Below, piece by piece: positions 1-10,668 of a DNA stretch of 23,617 nucleotides. The stretch's first letter is position 1. Each line of letters opens with the position of its first letter. A program made the translations under genes and the position numbers. The notes beneath the pieces were generated by a model. That model had not been told where the DNA came from. It was given only the letters and a program-made list of their open reading frames with translations, and did no database searches. Source of the DNA: Ginkgo biloba (Eukaryota; Plantae; Ginkgophyta); the NCBI GenBank assembly GCA_024626585.2, contig JANKJI020000002.1:267953920-267977536 (forward strand), read 5' to 3'.

Positions 1-370
1 TTAAACTTTGGTCTGCACAATCATCATACTCACTTGGAGTTTTCTACTCTACCCATTAAGGGTGACACCAACTTCACTTTTTGGCAATTTCCTTACAAAA
101 AACATCAAACTCTAATTTTGAGGTGATCACAACTTACTACACTTCATTTTCTCATTGGTACTTAAAGAACATTTACCAAAAAATATGGTTTCAAACTTTG
201 ACCTTTCTAACACACCACTTCTCACAAAAAACAAGGGGTTACATTTGCATGACTGAAGTTTTGAACAACCAAAAATTTAACTTCTCAACACATTATTACA
301 TACAAGGGCAGTCTCCACATAGACTGTAAACAAACACATCACACAACAATATTTATTCGCATCATCTTCT

Positions 371-1403
371 TCATGGATTCACTGACTTACTACGATTAGG
401 CTTCTGTTTAGGTAGGCCCTTCAAGTCTATCATTTGAACTGCTCGTTTCTTCTTGGCATCTTCTACTTGCCGATATCATTCTTGAAGTCTTCTCTTTGCT
501 ATAGACTTTATCTTGGGAGAACTAGCATTGGGCTTTGTCATCTTCTTGATTGAATCTATACATTGCTGCAACTTGTTTCCATTATCATCCATCCCATCAA
601 AACACCGACATATGTCTTTTGGAGCGGTCTAGATTGGCAAGAAGGCATTCCTATCAAGTGGAGGAGAGAGAAGTCCATTTTCATTGTCCATAACTGTAGG
701 TGAGACATCATCTATAGAATTTCCTACTATTGCATTTACAACAACATTGTCTGTAGTCTTTACCCATTCATTTGCAAGGTTTTTCTAGCTACTGATAAGC
801 ATTTTCACCATAGACCGAATTTCTTTTGAGTTGTGCCTCCTTAATTTATTTACTTGCTTACCAACTTCGATTGCCTTCAGAATCTCTACAGATAGTTGCA
901 TCAATTCCAATCTTCTCAAAGATTCATACAACTGATTATCCGACTCATATGGATTTGCAAAAATATCTTTGATCCTATAGACCTCTCTGAGAATTTGGGA
1001 TTCTTCCTCAATTTCTTCTATAAGAGTTCTAGCCTCTTCATAGTTGTAATTGCTAACCCTATTCCCATCTACTTCATTAGTGCTATTGGTGACCTTGTTA
1101 TTATCTTTATTATGGCATTCAGAAAGAGTCCTTTTAGTATCATAATCCTCATTAACATTGCTTTTGCTTTAAATCTGATACTTCTTTTTGAAGGGGTATG
1201 AGGAGTACTCTCTTTAACCTGATTCCACTAGGTTTCTGTTTCAATCTTTCTTTTATATTTTCTCCGTCTTTGATAATGAACTCAATTTGTTTCAATTTTC
1301 CCAGTAATAACTTGTTTTCTGTCCTAAGACATTTGACTTCATTAAGAAGAACCTTGTTAAGGTTCTGCAATTGGACACATTGCTCAGATGAGTCCTTGTC
1401 CAT
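371..1403 (-). pseudogene. MED26: Intronless pseudogene of a plant Mediator subunit 26b/c-like (TFIIS N-terminal domain) protein, fused to an unrelated N-terminal coiled-coil segment
   Basis: Manual translation of one minus frame (~1165 to 371) gives SNYNYEEARTLIEEIEEESQILREVYRIKDIFANPYESDNQLYESLRRLELMQLSVEILKAIEVGKQVNKLRRHNSKEIRSMVKMLISS*KNLANEWV...GLLSPPLDRNAFLPI*T...FDGMDDNGN...AKRRLQE*YRQVEDAKKKRAVQMIDLKGLPKQ. This matches recalled plant MED26b/c motifs (TFIIS-N helices, GLPSPPLD, FDGMDDDGN, AKRKLQERYQQAENAKKQRTIQV). In-frame stops lie at 785-787, 629-631 and 476-478. A frameshift near 1150-1215 links it to ORF 1152-1403. Confidence 0.88.
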
Positions 1404-1712
1404 GAGATAGGCTTTTCAACACAGCCTATTTTTACGGTCACCAATGACATAAGACAATTTTAAAAATGACCTTACAATCTTTGTACTCCTTTTTGACTTG
1501 CTACCTCGTCAGACTTTATGGAACTACTAAAACAACTTTTGAATTAAACAAGACTAACCTTTTACAAGTGGACACAAGATCTTATAAACAATTATAACTG
1601 AGGGAAATTTAACAAGACAACCTTATGAGTTTTAAACTCAAGACCACACATAGAATATTTAAATCGAATTTAGCATAACAAGGTGACAAAAAAATATTTA
1701 ACTCCTTAGCCC

Positions 1713-2260
1713 CTAACTCCACGTGACCACAATTAAGAAAAGAAGGTCAAACACAATTAAATATTTAAAGCAAGTTTTTTTTTTAAATGTGGACGAGCCT
1801 GTGCGCCCAAATTTCTGAAACCCTAGCCATTTTGGCTTTTTCTCCCATGCATGGCGTTGTTTTGCTCCATCTTCAGTGATCTCTTTCTCTACAACAATGT
1901 CTTCTTCGGTGTTTTTCTCTTCATTCGGGGTATCCTGTCTTCTCAATGGCCCATCCTCCATTTGCTAACTGCAACAATTGTGTCTGCATCAATGTCTTAT
2001 TTTGGTTATTGTACCTTAGTCTTTGCTAGCTTCGCTCCACAACCTTCATTCTCAACTCGATTCTTCATGGCTTTGCCTTTGCAATGCCTTTCGACGTCTT
2101 CAATATCCTGACTTGACTTATTTTCAGAAAAATCCCAATGGTTTATAAGAGCGTCTCCACTTTCTACAAGAAAGTATCTGCAATAACAACCAACAGGGTG
2201 GACAAAAAAGGTATGACGCATGATAGTTCCATTTCCATTTGTATTCCTTGTTTCATTCAC
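1713..2260 (-). pseudogene. Degenerate ORF(s) of unknown function, co-oriented with and upstream of the MED26-like copy
   Basis: Two adjacent minus-strand ORFs (2006-2260, 1713-1961) have charged, coding-like composition and may be one disrupted reading frame. No family recognised. Confidence 0.25.
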
Positions 2261-2319
2261 TTCATACTTGAATATGCTTAAATTTAGTCAACTCATCAGC
2301 CTACTTAAAGTACAGGTTA

Positions 2320-2644
2320 TGACGTCAACTGCCATTTATGACGTAGTCAACATGATCAAGCACAGGTAAAAGGCGGAAAATGACATCAGGCGACCTTAAA
2401 GTATGGATCAGTTGACTTTTGGCCACATTTATGACATGGTTTGACCCGATCAATACCCTTAACCAACTTTTATGATGTCATTAAGAGATAAAGTATGATT
2501 TGACCCAGTCAAACAGATGAATTAGGGTTGAATATAGTAGCATTTATTACTAAAGGATGCATTTAATGCATAAATATAGTTGCAATTAATGAGGAGAGAG
2601 GGAATTGAAGGGATATGAACTAATTTAGGAAATGACGTCATTTC
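2320..2644. promoter_or_regulatory. Cluster of TGACGTCA (bZIP C-box/CRE-type) motifs and decayed variants
   Basis: TGACGTCA 2320-2327, TGACGTAG 2339-2346, TGACATCA 2381-2388, TGACATGG 2432-2439, TGATGTCA 2473-2480, and a perfect 16-bp palindrome GAAATGACGTCATTTC at 2629-2644. Confidence 0.45.
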
Positions 2645-2852
2645 ATTTATTATGAGAGAGAAAATGTATAAAAAGGGGTCATTTAAGACCTAGAAAACCA
2701 TGTGAGAGTTGAGTAATATATACTTATGAATGAATGTAATGAATATCTTAGTGTGAGAGACTAAGATAGCATTAAATAATGATGTACTGCTATTTATGAG
2801 CATTTAATGACGATTCTTTGTACCCAAATTTGAGTCTCATCGTGAATTGTGC
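2527..2852 (+). mobile_element. Possible LTR fragment, truncated by gap
   Basis: LTR-like layout with TATA-like TATAAAAAGGGG near 2667. No clean TG...CA termini confirmed. Confidence 0.25.
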
Positions 2853-2952
2853 NNNNNNNNNNNNNNNNNNNNNNNNNNNNNNNNNNNNNNNNNNNNNNNN
2901 NNNNNNNNNNNNNNNNNNNNNNNNNNNNNNNNNNNNNNNNNNNNNNNNNNNN

Positions 2953-3220
2953 CCTTGATTGAAAGTAATAAGATGATTATATGCAGTCTTGACATGGCAG
3001 AGGAGGGGCGTACAAAACACCATGAATTTATAGAGGAGGCACAGATGGAACGTCACAAACAAATAATGGAGATTGATAGTCAATTCTTCAATGTTCACAC
3101 AATAAATGAAAAACAAATGATTATTATTGAAGAGAAAAAGGTTAAGGTGTAATTAGAAATGGTTTTAGATTTGAATAATATTGGATAAGAATTGATATTG
3201 ATTGTCTAAGTTATGGCTTA
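2953..3220 (+). pseudogene. Decayed C-terminal coiled-coil of a trihelix/Myb-SANT-like protein, possibly a PIF/Harbinger accessory ORF
   Basis: Reads LIESNKMIICSLDMAEEGRTKHHEFIEEAQMERHKQIMEID...KVKV*LEMVLDLNNIG*ELILIV*VMA*, a heptad-rich helix ending in an amphipathic tail, followed by AT-rich 3'UTR-like sequence. Resemblance is by pattern only. Confidence 0.25.
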
Positions 3221-3473
3221 AAAAGACTAAAATATTTGATATAATATAGACACAAGAGAATTTATGTTTATTTTCTTAATAAAGAATTCCTTATTGTACT
3301 TACAACTTTATATATAGATTTTTAGAAATAACATTGGTTGTTTTTTAGGTTTTTTTATGTGTTATGGTACTTTCCAATAGTACAAATTTTTTATTTTTTT
3401 AAAATAACATCTAGCTCTTTTTAAGGTTTTCTAAAGTTCAAATAATTCTAAAGTCTCACAAGTTATTAATTTT

Positions 3474-3915
3474 TGTTGGAAATATCAAAGTGCACAATAG
3501 AAACACATATAACACTTCTCATAGATAAATATTAAAAAATAGAATGCAAACAACAACCATAATATTGAGATGAGAAAGATAATAAAACTGCTTTAATTAC
3601 ACATAGCTCATCTATCTTACAACACATGGCTTCCCTCCTTTTAATGACCCCAAAAACTTGTAACTGCCAAGAATTAAAAAATGTATCTGACTTACAAATT
3701 TGGACAAGTAGTTTCATACATTACTTTTTGACAATGACACATATTTCTAATTCTCTTGATCCACTTACCATTCGTGACAACTACCATAACTAATGTGACC
3801 ACCATGACCAACTTGACTTAACACTTACAATTAATGACTAATGTTTCATAACATAATAGATGTGACACAATGACTAATTAACATTAACTATTCCAATAGT
3901 TGTCTAAGCATAACA
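3474..3915 (-). mobile_element. 3' LTR (~442 bp) of an LTR retrotransposon, copia-like
   Basis: On the minus strand it begins TGTTA (3915) and ends CCAACA (3474). It is immediately preceded by the polypurine tract AAAAGGGGGG(CT) at 3916-3927. Confidence 0.7.
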
Positions 3916-3934
3916 AGCCCCCCTTTTATAACAC

Positions 3935-5396
3935 AAACAAGGTATGGTACTCCACATAAGGGATTGGCTTATCCGTGAAGTTTCATTAGTACCTCAAGGA
4001 GCTCTATGTGGCATCTCATTGGCTGAAATTATATTAAGACGGAAGGCACCCTTTCCTCGATCATCTCCTTGGGCATTCTCCTCAGAATATTCTCTCTTTA
4101 GGACTTTATCTGGAGCACTCATTATAAGCTATAAAATACATGCACTACCCTCTAATGATGTTATAGCCAAGAAAAGACAAAGGGAACTTTATCTCAGGAA
4201 TTGAGAAATAAACTAAAGCAATATTAATTAATATTACATTGAAGTTTATTTTCATTAAGACAATTAAGGGCCATAATGATCTTTTGAACAACTTGTGCAA
4301 TCTCCAAGATAAGTGCAATCCCAGAGATAGGTATAGTGTATGTGGGGATTGGTGTCAAAGAGACTAAATCATTATAAAAAGGGCATTATTCTTCTTCTAA
4401 AAGGAAGGCGCTCTAACTCTAAAGAATACTTTCTCTCTCTGGCATGATTATGTTCATTAACAACAGTCGCTATCTTTCTTGATAGATTTTGTTGAAAATA
4501 AGGGAGTCTGATGTCTTCATGTTATAGCTTGATTTTGAGGGATTAAGACAATGTGAATATTTGGGATAAATCTTTGTATTAAGGCATTCTCTCTCTCTTG
4601 ATTCATTTTTGAGTTTTGGCTAGAAATTCCTTCCTAAGCAAGTCCTTATTCTAGGCATTGCCTTTTTTCATCACTGAAACTAGAAATTCTTGATATCATG
4701 TCTTTTACTATACTTATTCAAGAATAAACAACCCAAATCTATTATAGGTAGTAAGGAACCCTTTTGGGGTGGTTTATTACAACTAATTAAAGTGGTTTTT
4801 GCAGATAGGAAGACGGGACAAGCGCCCAGAAAGTCGTTATCTACTGCAATAAATTTTGGCAAACATAGGGGCAAGGACAGATTCATTATAACAACCTTAG
4901 AGAGCATTAGATGTTGCAATAAGTGCTCAAATTTATTCCTAAGTGTAAGATGACCTTAGTAGAGGTATTTTAAAGTGATTTCTAGTGGATTAAAGAGTGC
5001 TAATTAATGTGGAAAGTGACGCAGGGCTTTCTGGCAAGTTGAAACCTCCTTCTGAGTGAAGATTCTATATTGCAAATTGTTTAAAGGCAACTCACTAGGG
5101 CTTAAGTTGTTGGAAGGAGAGGTTTTTAGCCATAGGATTACTTGGTATAATCAGTCGCAAGTTTCTATTTGGGTATGTTTACAAAAAGATAAGTGTTTAT
5201 GAAACCCCAGGTTTTTATTTAATAAATTTACCATAAATCAATCATAATTTCTGCAATTTTCTAGGTAACTTTAGGATCGAATTATATTTCATGGTTTTGC
5301 ATGATTAATTGTTAAAGTTATACCTATTTTTAAGGATATAAATTCCTTAGGGTAGGGCGTCCTTGGTCAAAGGGTGGTTTTATGCATTTTATGCTT
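3935..5396 (+). mobile_element. Probable non-coding retroelement sequence (large LTR-like segment)
   Basis: No credible ORF. TATA-like TATAAAAAGGG at ~4373 is followed by CT-rich R/U5-like sequence. Termini not identified. Confidence 0.25.
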
Positions 5397-5496
5397 NNNN
5401 NNNNNNNNNNNNNNNNNNNNNNNNNNNNNNNNNNNNNNNNNNNNNNNNNNNNNNNNNNNNNNNNNNNNNNNNNNNNNNNNNNNNNNNNNNNNNNNN

Positions 5497-6126
5497 TTTT
5501 GGCTATCAATCCTCTTCTTGGCCTATTGTCTCATCCCCTCAAACATTCTCAATATGGCTAACATATGTCTCTTTTTATTCTAGATTTATACAGGTTCCTC
5601 AACTTTATCCTCATATAGATCTTCATCATATGATACCTCATCTTATTCCTTCTCACTTTTTCTTCCTATAGGTCCTTCAGATTCATGTGGTACCTCAACC
5701 TACACCTTTCATATCCACATGGGACTTCACCCTATGCGTTTGTCTTCACTGTTAGTGGTGCATCATATTCCCTCATTATTTACTCTTCTTATTGTTCCTT
5801 ATTGTTCCTCATATAAGACTTCTTCATCACCCAAATCCTCTATATATTCCCACTCTCTTGGCCTCTCCTTAGGATCTTCAACAAAATCCTCAACACCTTC
5901 ATTCAATCCTTCATCGGCCTCAACTTCTAATTCTTTCATTTCTCTTTCATATTTTTCCTCTATAGTCTCATCTTCTTATCCTTCAAATGGGACCATGTCC
6001 TTAATGGGTTCTTCCTTAGTTCTCTTCACTAATTCCTCTTCTTTGTCCTCATCCTCAAGGAAGTATAGTATTGACTCCTCTTCATATTTTATCATTGTTT
6101 ATTCTTCATTCAATATCATTACAACA
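5497..6126 (-). other. Purine-rich, Glu/Asp/Lys-encoding low-complexity degenerate segment, probably TE-derived
   Basis: The minus strand reads e.g. EDEDKEEELVKRTKEEPIKD and EEKYEREMKELEVEADEG with interspersed stops. The Ser-rich + ORF 5719-6135 is its antisense shadow. Confidence 0.35.
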
Positions 6127-6253
6127 CATTTCTGAGTTATAAATGAACAGAAAAATGATATGTTAAGAAAGATGAAATGCAAAACTAAGAGAAGGGAAGC
6201 ACCGGAGCAAGATGGTTATGGGAAAAGTTCTCTAAAGCTTTAGATAACATTAC

Positions 6254-6316
6254 CAACTTTTCTGCCTCATCAAGACTGTTTGAAATTGCTGCACCAATAA
6301 GTTCATAGTTATCTTC
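6254..6316 (-). CDS. Internal exon (63 nt, phase 0/0) of unidentified host gene: EDNYELIGAAISNSLDEAEKL
   Basis: Acceptor ...ttcttcaaccttatgacAG|GAA and donor TTG|GTAATG. Open frame, length divisible by 3, phase-compatible with the upstream exon. Confidence 0.7.
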
Positions 6317-6430
6317 CTGTCATAAGGTTGAAGAAACATAATCTGAATTAACTTGCACAAAATTAATCCCAAAGAATATTAAGATAATCAGCATATGTTT
6401 GTTGCTTCCTATGACAGTTTTACATAAATT

Positions 6431-6481
6431 AGAGATAGAATGCACTGCTATACATAAAGAAGAGATAGAATGCACTGCTAT
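6431..6481 (+). repeat. Short tandem duplication (21-bp unit, 30-bp period)
   Basis: AGAGATAGAATGCACTGCTAT at 6431-6451 and 6461-6481. Confidence 0.9.
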
Positions 6482-6579
6482 GGATAATTAATAACAAGAC
6501 ACGCAAAATGCTCTCTATGCAATCAATAGAGGATGCCAAATGAAAAACCATAAAATTCATTGAAGATATTGGCCAGGAT

Positions 6580-6580
<1 letters not shown>

Positions 6581-6604
<24 letters not shown>
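6581..6604 (+). repeat. (AG)12 microsatellite
   Basis: Seen directly in the sequence. Confidence 0.97.
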
Positions 6605-6610
<6 letters not shown>

Positions 6611-6993
6611 TGTCCACTAATGACCAAAAACCGCCAATGCAACTGTAAGTAGTACATCATATGAGATAATCAGTGGGTGCAAAAGTGGCTATCTTATATA
6701 TAAGCCTAATTCTAGATCTATCCCTATCTCATGATATGTTATGTACAAAAATTTGCAAGGCGAATTGGTCAAAATGTTAGTGTTGTGCTCAACATTAGAA
6801 TCCAACACAACCAAAAAAGGTATAATTTAATATAAGACACTAAAAAGCTTCCTGCCCGAGTGCCTTCTAGNNNNNNNNNNNNNNNNNNNNNNNNNNNNNN
6901 NNNNNNNNNNNNNNNNNNNNNNNNNNNNNNNNNNNNNNNNNNNNNNNNNNNNNNNNNNNNNNNNNNNNNNATAGTCAAGTTGAATATGTGGAT

Positions 6994-7102
6994 ATAAGGA
7001 TTTGTAGTGTTCAAGGCAATTTAGAAATATATCACACTATGGAATGTGATCACAAAATTATTATTCACATTTTGAAGGCCTTGAACACAACACAATCCTT
7101 AT
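6994..7102. repeat. Imperfect inverted repeat, arms ~24 bp, spacer 60 bp
   Basis: GTGTTCAAGGC (7007-7017) pairs with GCCTTGAACAC (7078-7088). ATAAGGATT (6994-7002) pairs with AATCCTTAT (7094-7102). Confidence 0.8.
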
Positions 7103-7109
7103 GATCATA

Positions 7110-7940
7110 GATTTGGAATTGTCCACTCATTTGCCTAATTTGTTTCAAGATTGAGTCCCCTATATCCTTTCATTTAACATCCTAATAGTATGCTTTGGAT
7201 GTTGGATTTCACAAGGCTTGGCATATTATTAGGACCAAGATGTTGTGGATGATATGGAGACTAAGAAATAAATAAGTTTTCTCTGATATGTTTGCTCCTA
7301 TTGACATTATTGCACATTGAATTTTTGGTTTTTTTTGTTCTATCCAATCTCATATGCAAGCTAGTTAGAAGACCATGCACTAGAGGAAAATCTGCACCAA
7401 AATTTGATTAACAATACAAGACAATCTCATACTTCACACTTGGTAGATATGTTAAGAGAGAACTTATAGTCATGCAAGCATGCTTGTGTCCAAGTAATAG
7501 AGATATAAGCAAATATGTACAAGAGCTCTTTTTGCGATGCAGGTCCAAGCAAGGGCACCATACATTTTATCTATCAAACTAGGTATCACAAATGACGTGT
7601 AATAGATGAAGTTACCTCTTCTAGATAGGATGAGTTTTCTTATATAGTCCCACAAAAAATTATGCACATTTTTTAGGAAAATGATTACTAGGATGGTGGG
7701 AATGGAGGTTAAACTTAAGGATGTTGTTTCTTTTAATTGGTTTTAGGCTCTCAATACTTTCTTCAAGTTGAAGTTGTAGCATTTTGGTATTGATAAAGGT
7801 GAGGTAGCCTTCCATGTTGTAATTTTGGAAGTTGGCTGTTATATTTTGAATGTATATTTTTTGAAAACCCTCTATAACCCTTTTGTAATACTTGCCCTCT
7901 TTCGTTAATAATATTGATACATTTCAACCCTCCCAAAAAA
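7110..7940 (+). mobile_element. Degenerate 3' end of an L1-clade LINE (ORF2 C-terminus and 3' UTR)
   Basis: Cys-rich CLICFKIES remnant near 7130. WHIIRTKMLWMIWRLRNK*VFSD (~7220-7287) matches the LWxIWxxRNxxVF motif of plant L1 ORF2. Ends with TTAATAATATT and a short A tail at 7935-7940. Confidence 0.7.
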
Positions 7941-8277
7941 CGGTTGTAAATACTAATACACTCAAAACCCTCACTAGATCTTGTTTTACCATATTAAAAA
8001 ATATTTATTAATTTGACGTTTTCTTTTAATTATTCATCTTTCTTTTATTAGTGAGGGGTGGGAACTTTATCACATTTTGATATTTTGGAGCAGCGTTTTG
8101 CCAATTAGTTAAATTTTTAACGTTTATCATTGTTGAACAACTCTACAGTTCCTTTTTGAGAAGCACCGACATTTTTTTTGATTATCTACAAATTATGTAC
8201 AGATTCATATTGATTGGGTAGAAAGTGAAGCCTATCAGTCTCAGCCCTCCATGTAGTTGATCAGAGTACAAAGGCAC

Positions 8278-8325
8278 CCGCAAAGGAACGATGTGTGTTA
8301 CATAATCGACACCAACAGCGAGTGA
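8278..8325 (-). CDS. Internal exon (48 nt, phase 0/0) of unidentified host gene: SLAVGVDYVTHIVPLR
   Basis: Acceptor TTTGCAG|TCA and a weaker donor CGG|GTGCCT. Locally higher GC with retained CpGs. Joins in frame to both neighbouring exons. Confidence 0.55.
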
Positions 8326-8769
8326 CTGCAAATTGGTCATGAAGAATGGACGTCAATCTGCATACTACATATTAACGATACTATTAAAATTCATCAAGTG
8401 TCAAGGCTGTTGGAGAAATCCATAACTACATTCGAGGAATTCATGCTAACTAATCTCTCTAAGTAGCCGCATTACTTCATTTTGAAGCATATAGATGCTA
8501 CGGTAAGATTGGCATAGTTATATGAATTAATTGCTGGGGGAAGAAACCAGCCAACGCCAAGTACTATAAGTAAAAGGGCTTTATTGTGCTACATAACATA
8601 ATTCAGCACAATGAACAATTACAAGTAATATACAAAATCAAAAAAAGTTTTATGAGTTGTTTGGAGATGTATTGTACTGTAGAGGGCTTGATGGAATGTT
8701 GCGGAGATGCATTCATTCGCATGAAATACTCGCAATCTTAAGGGAGGCACACGAGGGGCCAATTGGAGG

Positions 8770-9592
8770 GCACTTTCCCCCTTTTCAAGGTGTAATATTA
8801 ATTTTTGTAGGCAATTTATATTAATTTACAATAGCCTAAAAATAAGTTTTGCAACATTAGGGTTTTTAGAAACTTACCAATTTAGGGAACTCATTTAGTC
8901 AAAATGTTGTCTGATGGAGATAAGTGCAACCACAAATGAAATATCCCAAAATAAAGTTTGCAAGTGGAGCATCCTCAATTTCAACTGCTATTTGAGTTCA
9001 AACAACAAAAAGATGAGGGGAATAGTGTTGTAGGATGGCCTATATCAAGTCTATGGCCAAACAAGAGCTTCAATAAGCAACAAGAATCCTAAAACTTCCC
9101 TCAGGATGTGACTTCACCTTAGAACAACAATGCCTAGCCATATAGATGCAGAAAAAGGATAAGGTGATACATCACCAATATTACCTCAAGAATCCCCTTC
9201 AAATCTAAAACGACTTCTCTAGAAAGGGCACCTGTCAACCTAGAAACAACTAGAAGCTAAGAGAGAGAAGATTAAGCCCAAAGCCAAAAAATAAAGTCAA
9301 CAATCAAATAGTTGCCCAAGTCCAAGAAACTTCTACATTTATGAAAATTGGGCCACTCTTCCTCCATAGAACAATGGGAATTGTAGTTGGTGGTGCCATA
9401 ACAACAACAAAGACATTTTCTAAATGTTAAAATCCTATGGGAGGAACCCTACTAGAAATTAACTAATGGACTTTCACTTTCTTCACTTTCCCTCTTATCA
9501 AAACCTCTCCAAGTATTGGTAACACTAGCTACAATACACATAAACTAGCTTCGTCTGTTGACTTAGCACTTTCCCCCTTTTCAAGGTGTAAT
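8770..9592 (+). repeat. Perfect 27-bp direct repeat, copies 796 bp apart
   Basis: GCACTTTCCCCCTTTTCAAGGTGTAAT at 8770-8796 and 9566-9592. Confidence 0.9.
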
Positions 9593-10174
9593 TTCATTGT
9601 AATAATTGGGGTGTAACATTGGAGCCATTTTGGAATTTCAACATCATCATCCCAACAAGCATAAATACAAAGGTACTGATCAATCAACACACCTTTGATG
9701 CCCTTTCGCTCAATCCTTCTAATGGTGCAATCTTCATTGCCCCTACATTGATGCTCCCAAGCCAAGACTAAGAATGTATACCCCACAAGACACCCTAAGA
9801 TAACGGTGTCCAAGAATTTTGGACATTNNNNNNNNNNNNNNNNNNNNNNNNNNNNNNNNNNNNNNNNNNNNNNNNNNNNNNNNNNNNNNNNNNNNNNNNN
9901 NNNNNNNNNNNNNNNNNNNNNNNNNNNGCTGACATAACTTAACATGGACATCAACACTTTATTACTAACATTACACTATAAAATAAACATTACTACTCTA
10001 ACAATTCTTTCATACTTTAAATCATCAAACTAAAGAACATTCTCAGAATGTTTTAGGTTAACTTGAGATATTGGAAACAACATGGAAATTTAAGATTTCT
10101 ATTTTCGTACATTTAATGATAATTTTGAAGCAACTAATTGAATTTGCTCTTCACTACACCAAGAAAACTACACA

Positions 10175-10668
10175 TGTTGATCCAAATTCACCTCAAGGAC
10201 TAATAAAATTTGCTAAAATGGTGCGTGAACACAAGTTGAGCAGTGATTGAGACCCTATTTTACATTATAGAAGAGATGAGTATAAACTAAAAATTAGATA
10301 TACATAACAACATTGAGATACGAAAGTGGGTTCTGTGATCCATGGAAATCACACAACTTATACATGCATATGGGAACATTCGTTGCACATAGATAGGCAA
10401 TCTATTTTTACCAAGAGTTAGTACAATCCCCACAATGATGACACAATAATGATGATGAACAATTTTAAGGGAGGACTTTATATTAGGAGGGAGTTCCTCC
10501 TTACAACAACATTGAGTGGATATGGTAATGGTTGAAGTACCTAATCACAAAAGTACAAATGTCTATGTGCATATTTCGATCTCCTAACTAATTCCTATGA
10601 TATTTGATACTAAGATAGATTATGTAATGCAAAACATATGTAACTAGTAATATAATTAGACACTAACA
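10175..10668 (-). mobile_element. 3' LTR (~494 bp) of an LTR retrotransposon, gypsy-like
   Basis: The minus strand starts TGTTAG (10668) and plausibly ends GGATCAACA (10175). It is preceded by purine-rich GAAGAATGGGAAGGATGGA (10669-10687). Confidence 0.55.

Noticed and set aside
896-2111. Hydrophobic + strand ORFs (896-1201, 1198-1410, 1851-2111) resembling membrane proteins
   Set aside because: Antisense shadows of the K/E-rich minus-strand frames.
1-2852. Endogenous caulimovirus as the source of the tandem intronless ORFs
   Set aside because: No movement protein, coat zinc knuckle, protease or RT motifs seen.
5719-6135. Ser-rich 138-aa + strand ORF
   Set aside because: Antisense shadow of purine-rich acidic low-complexity sequence.
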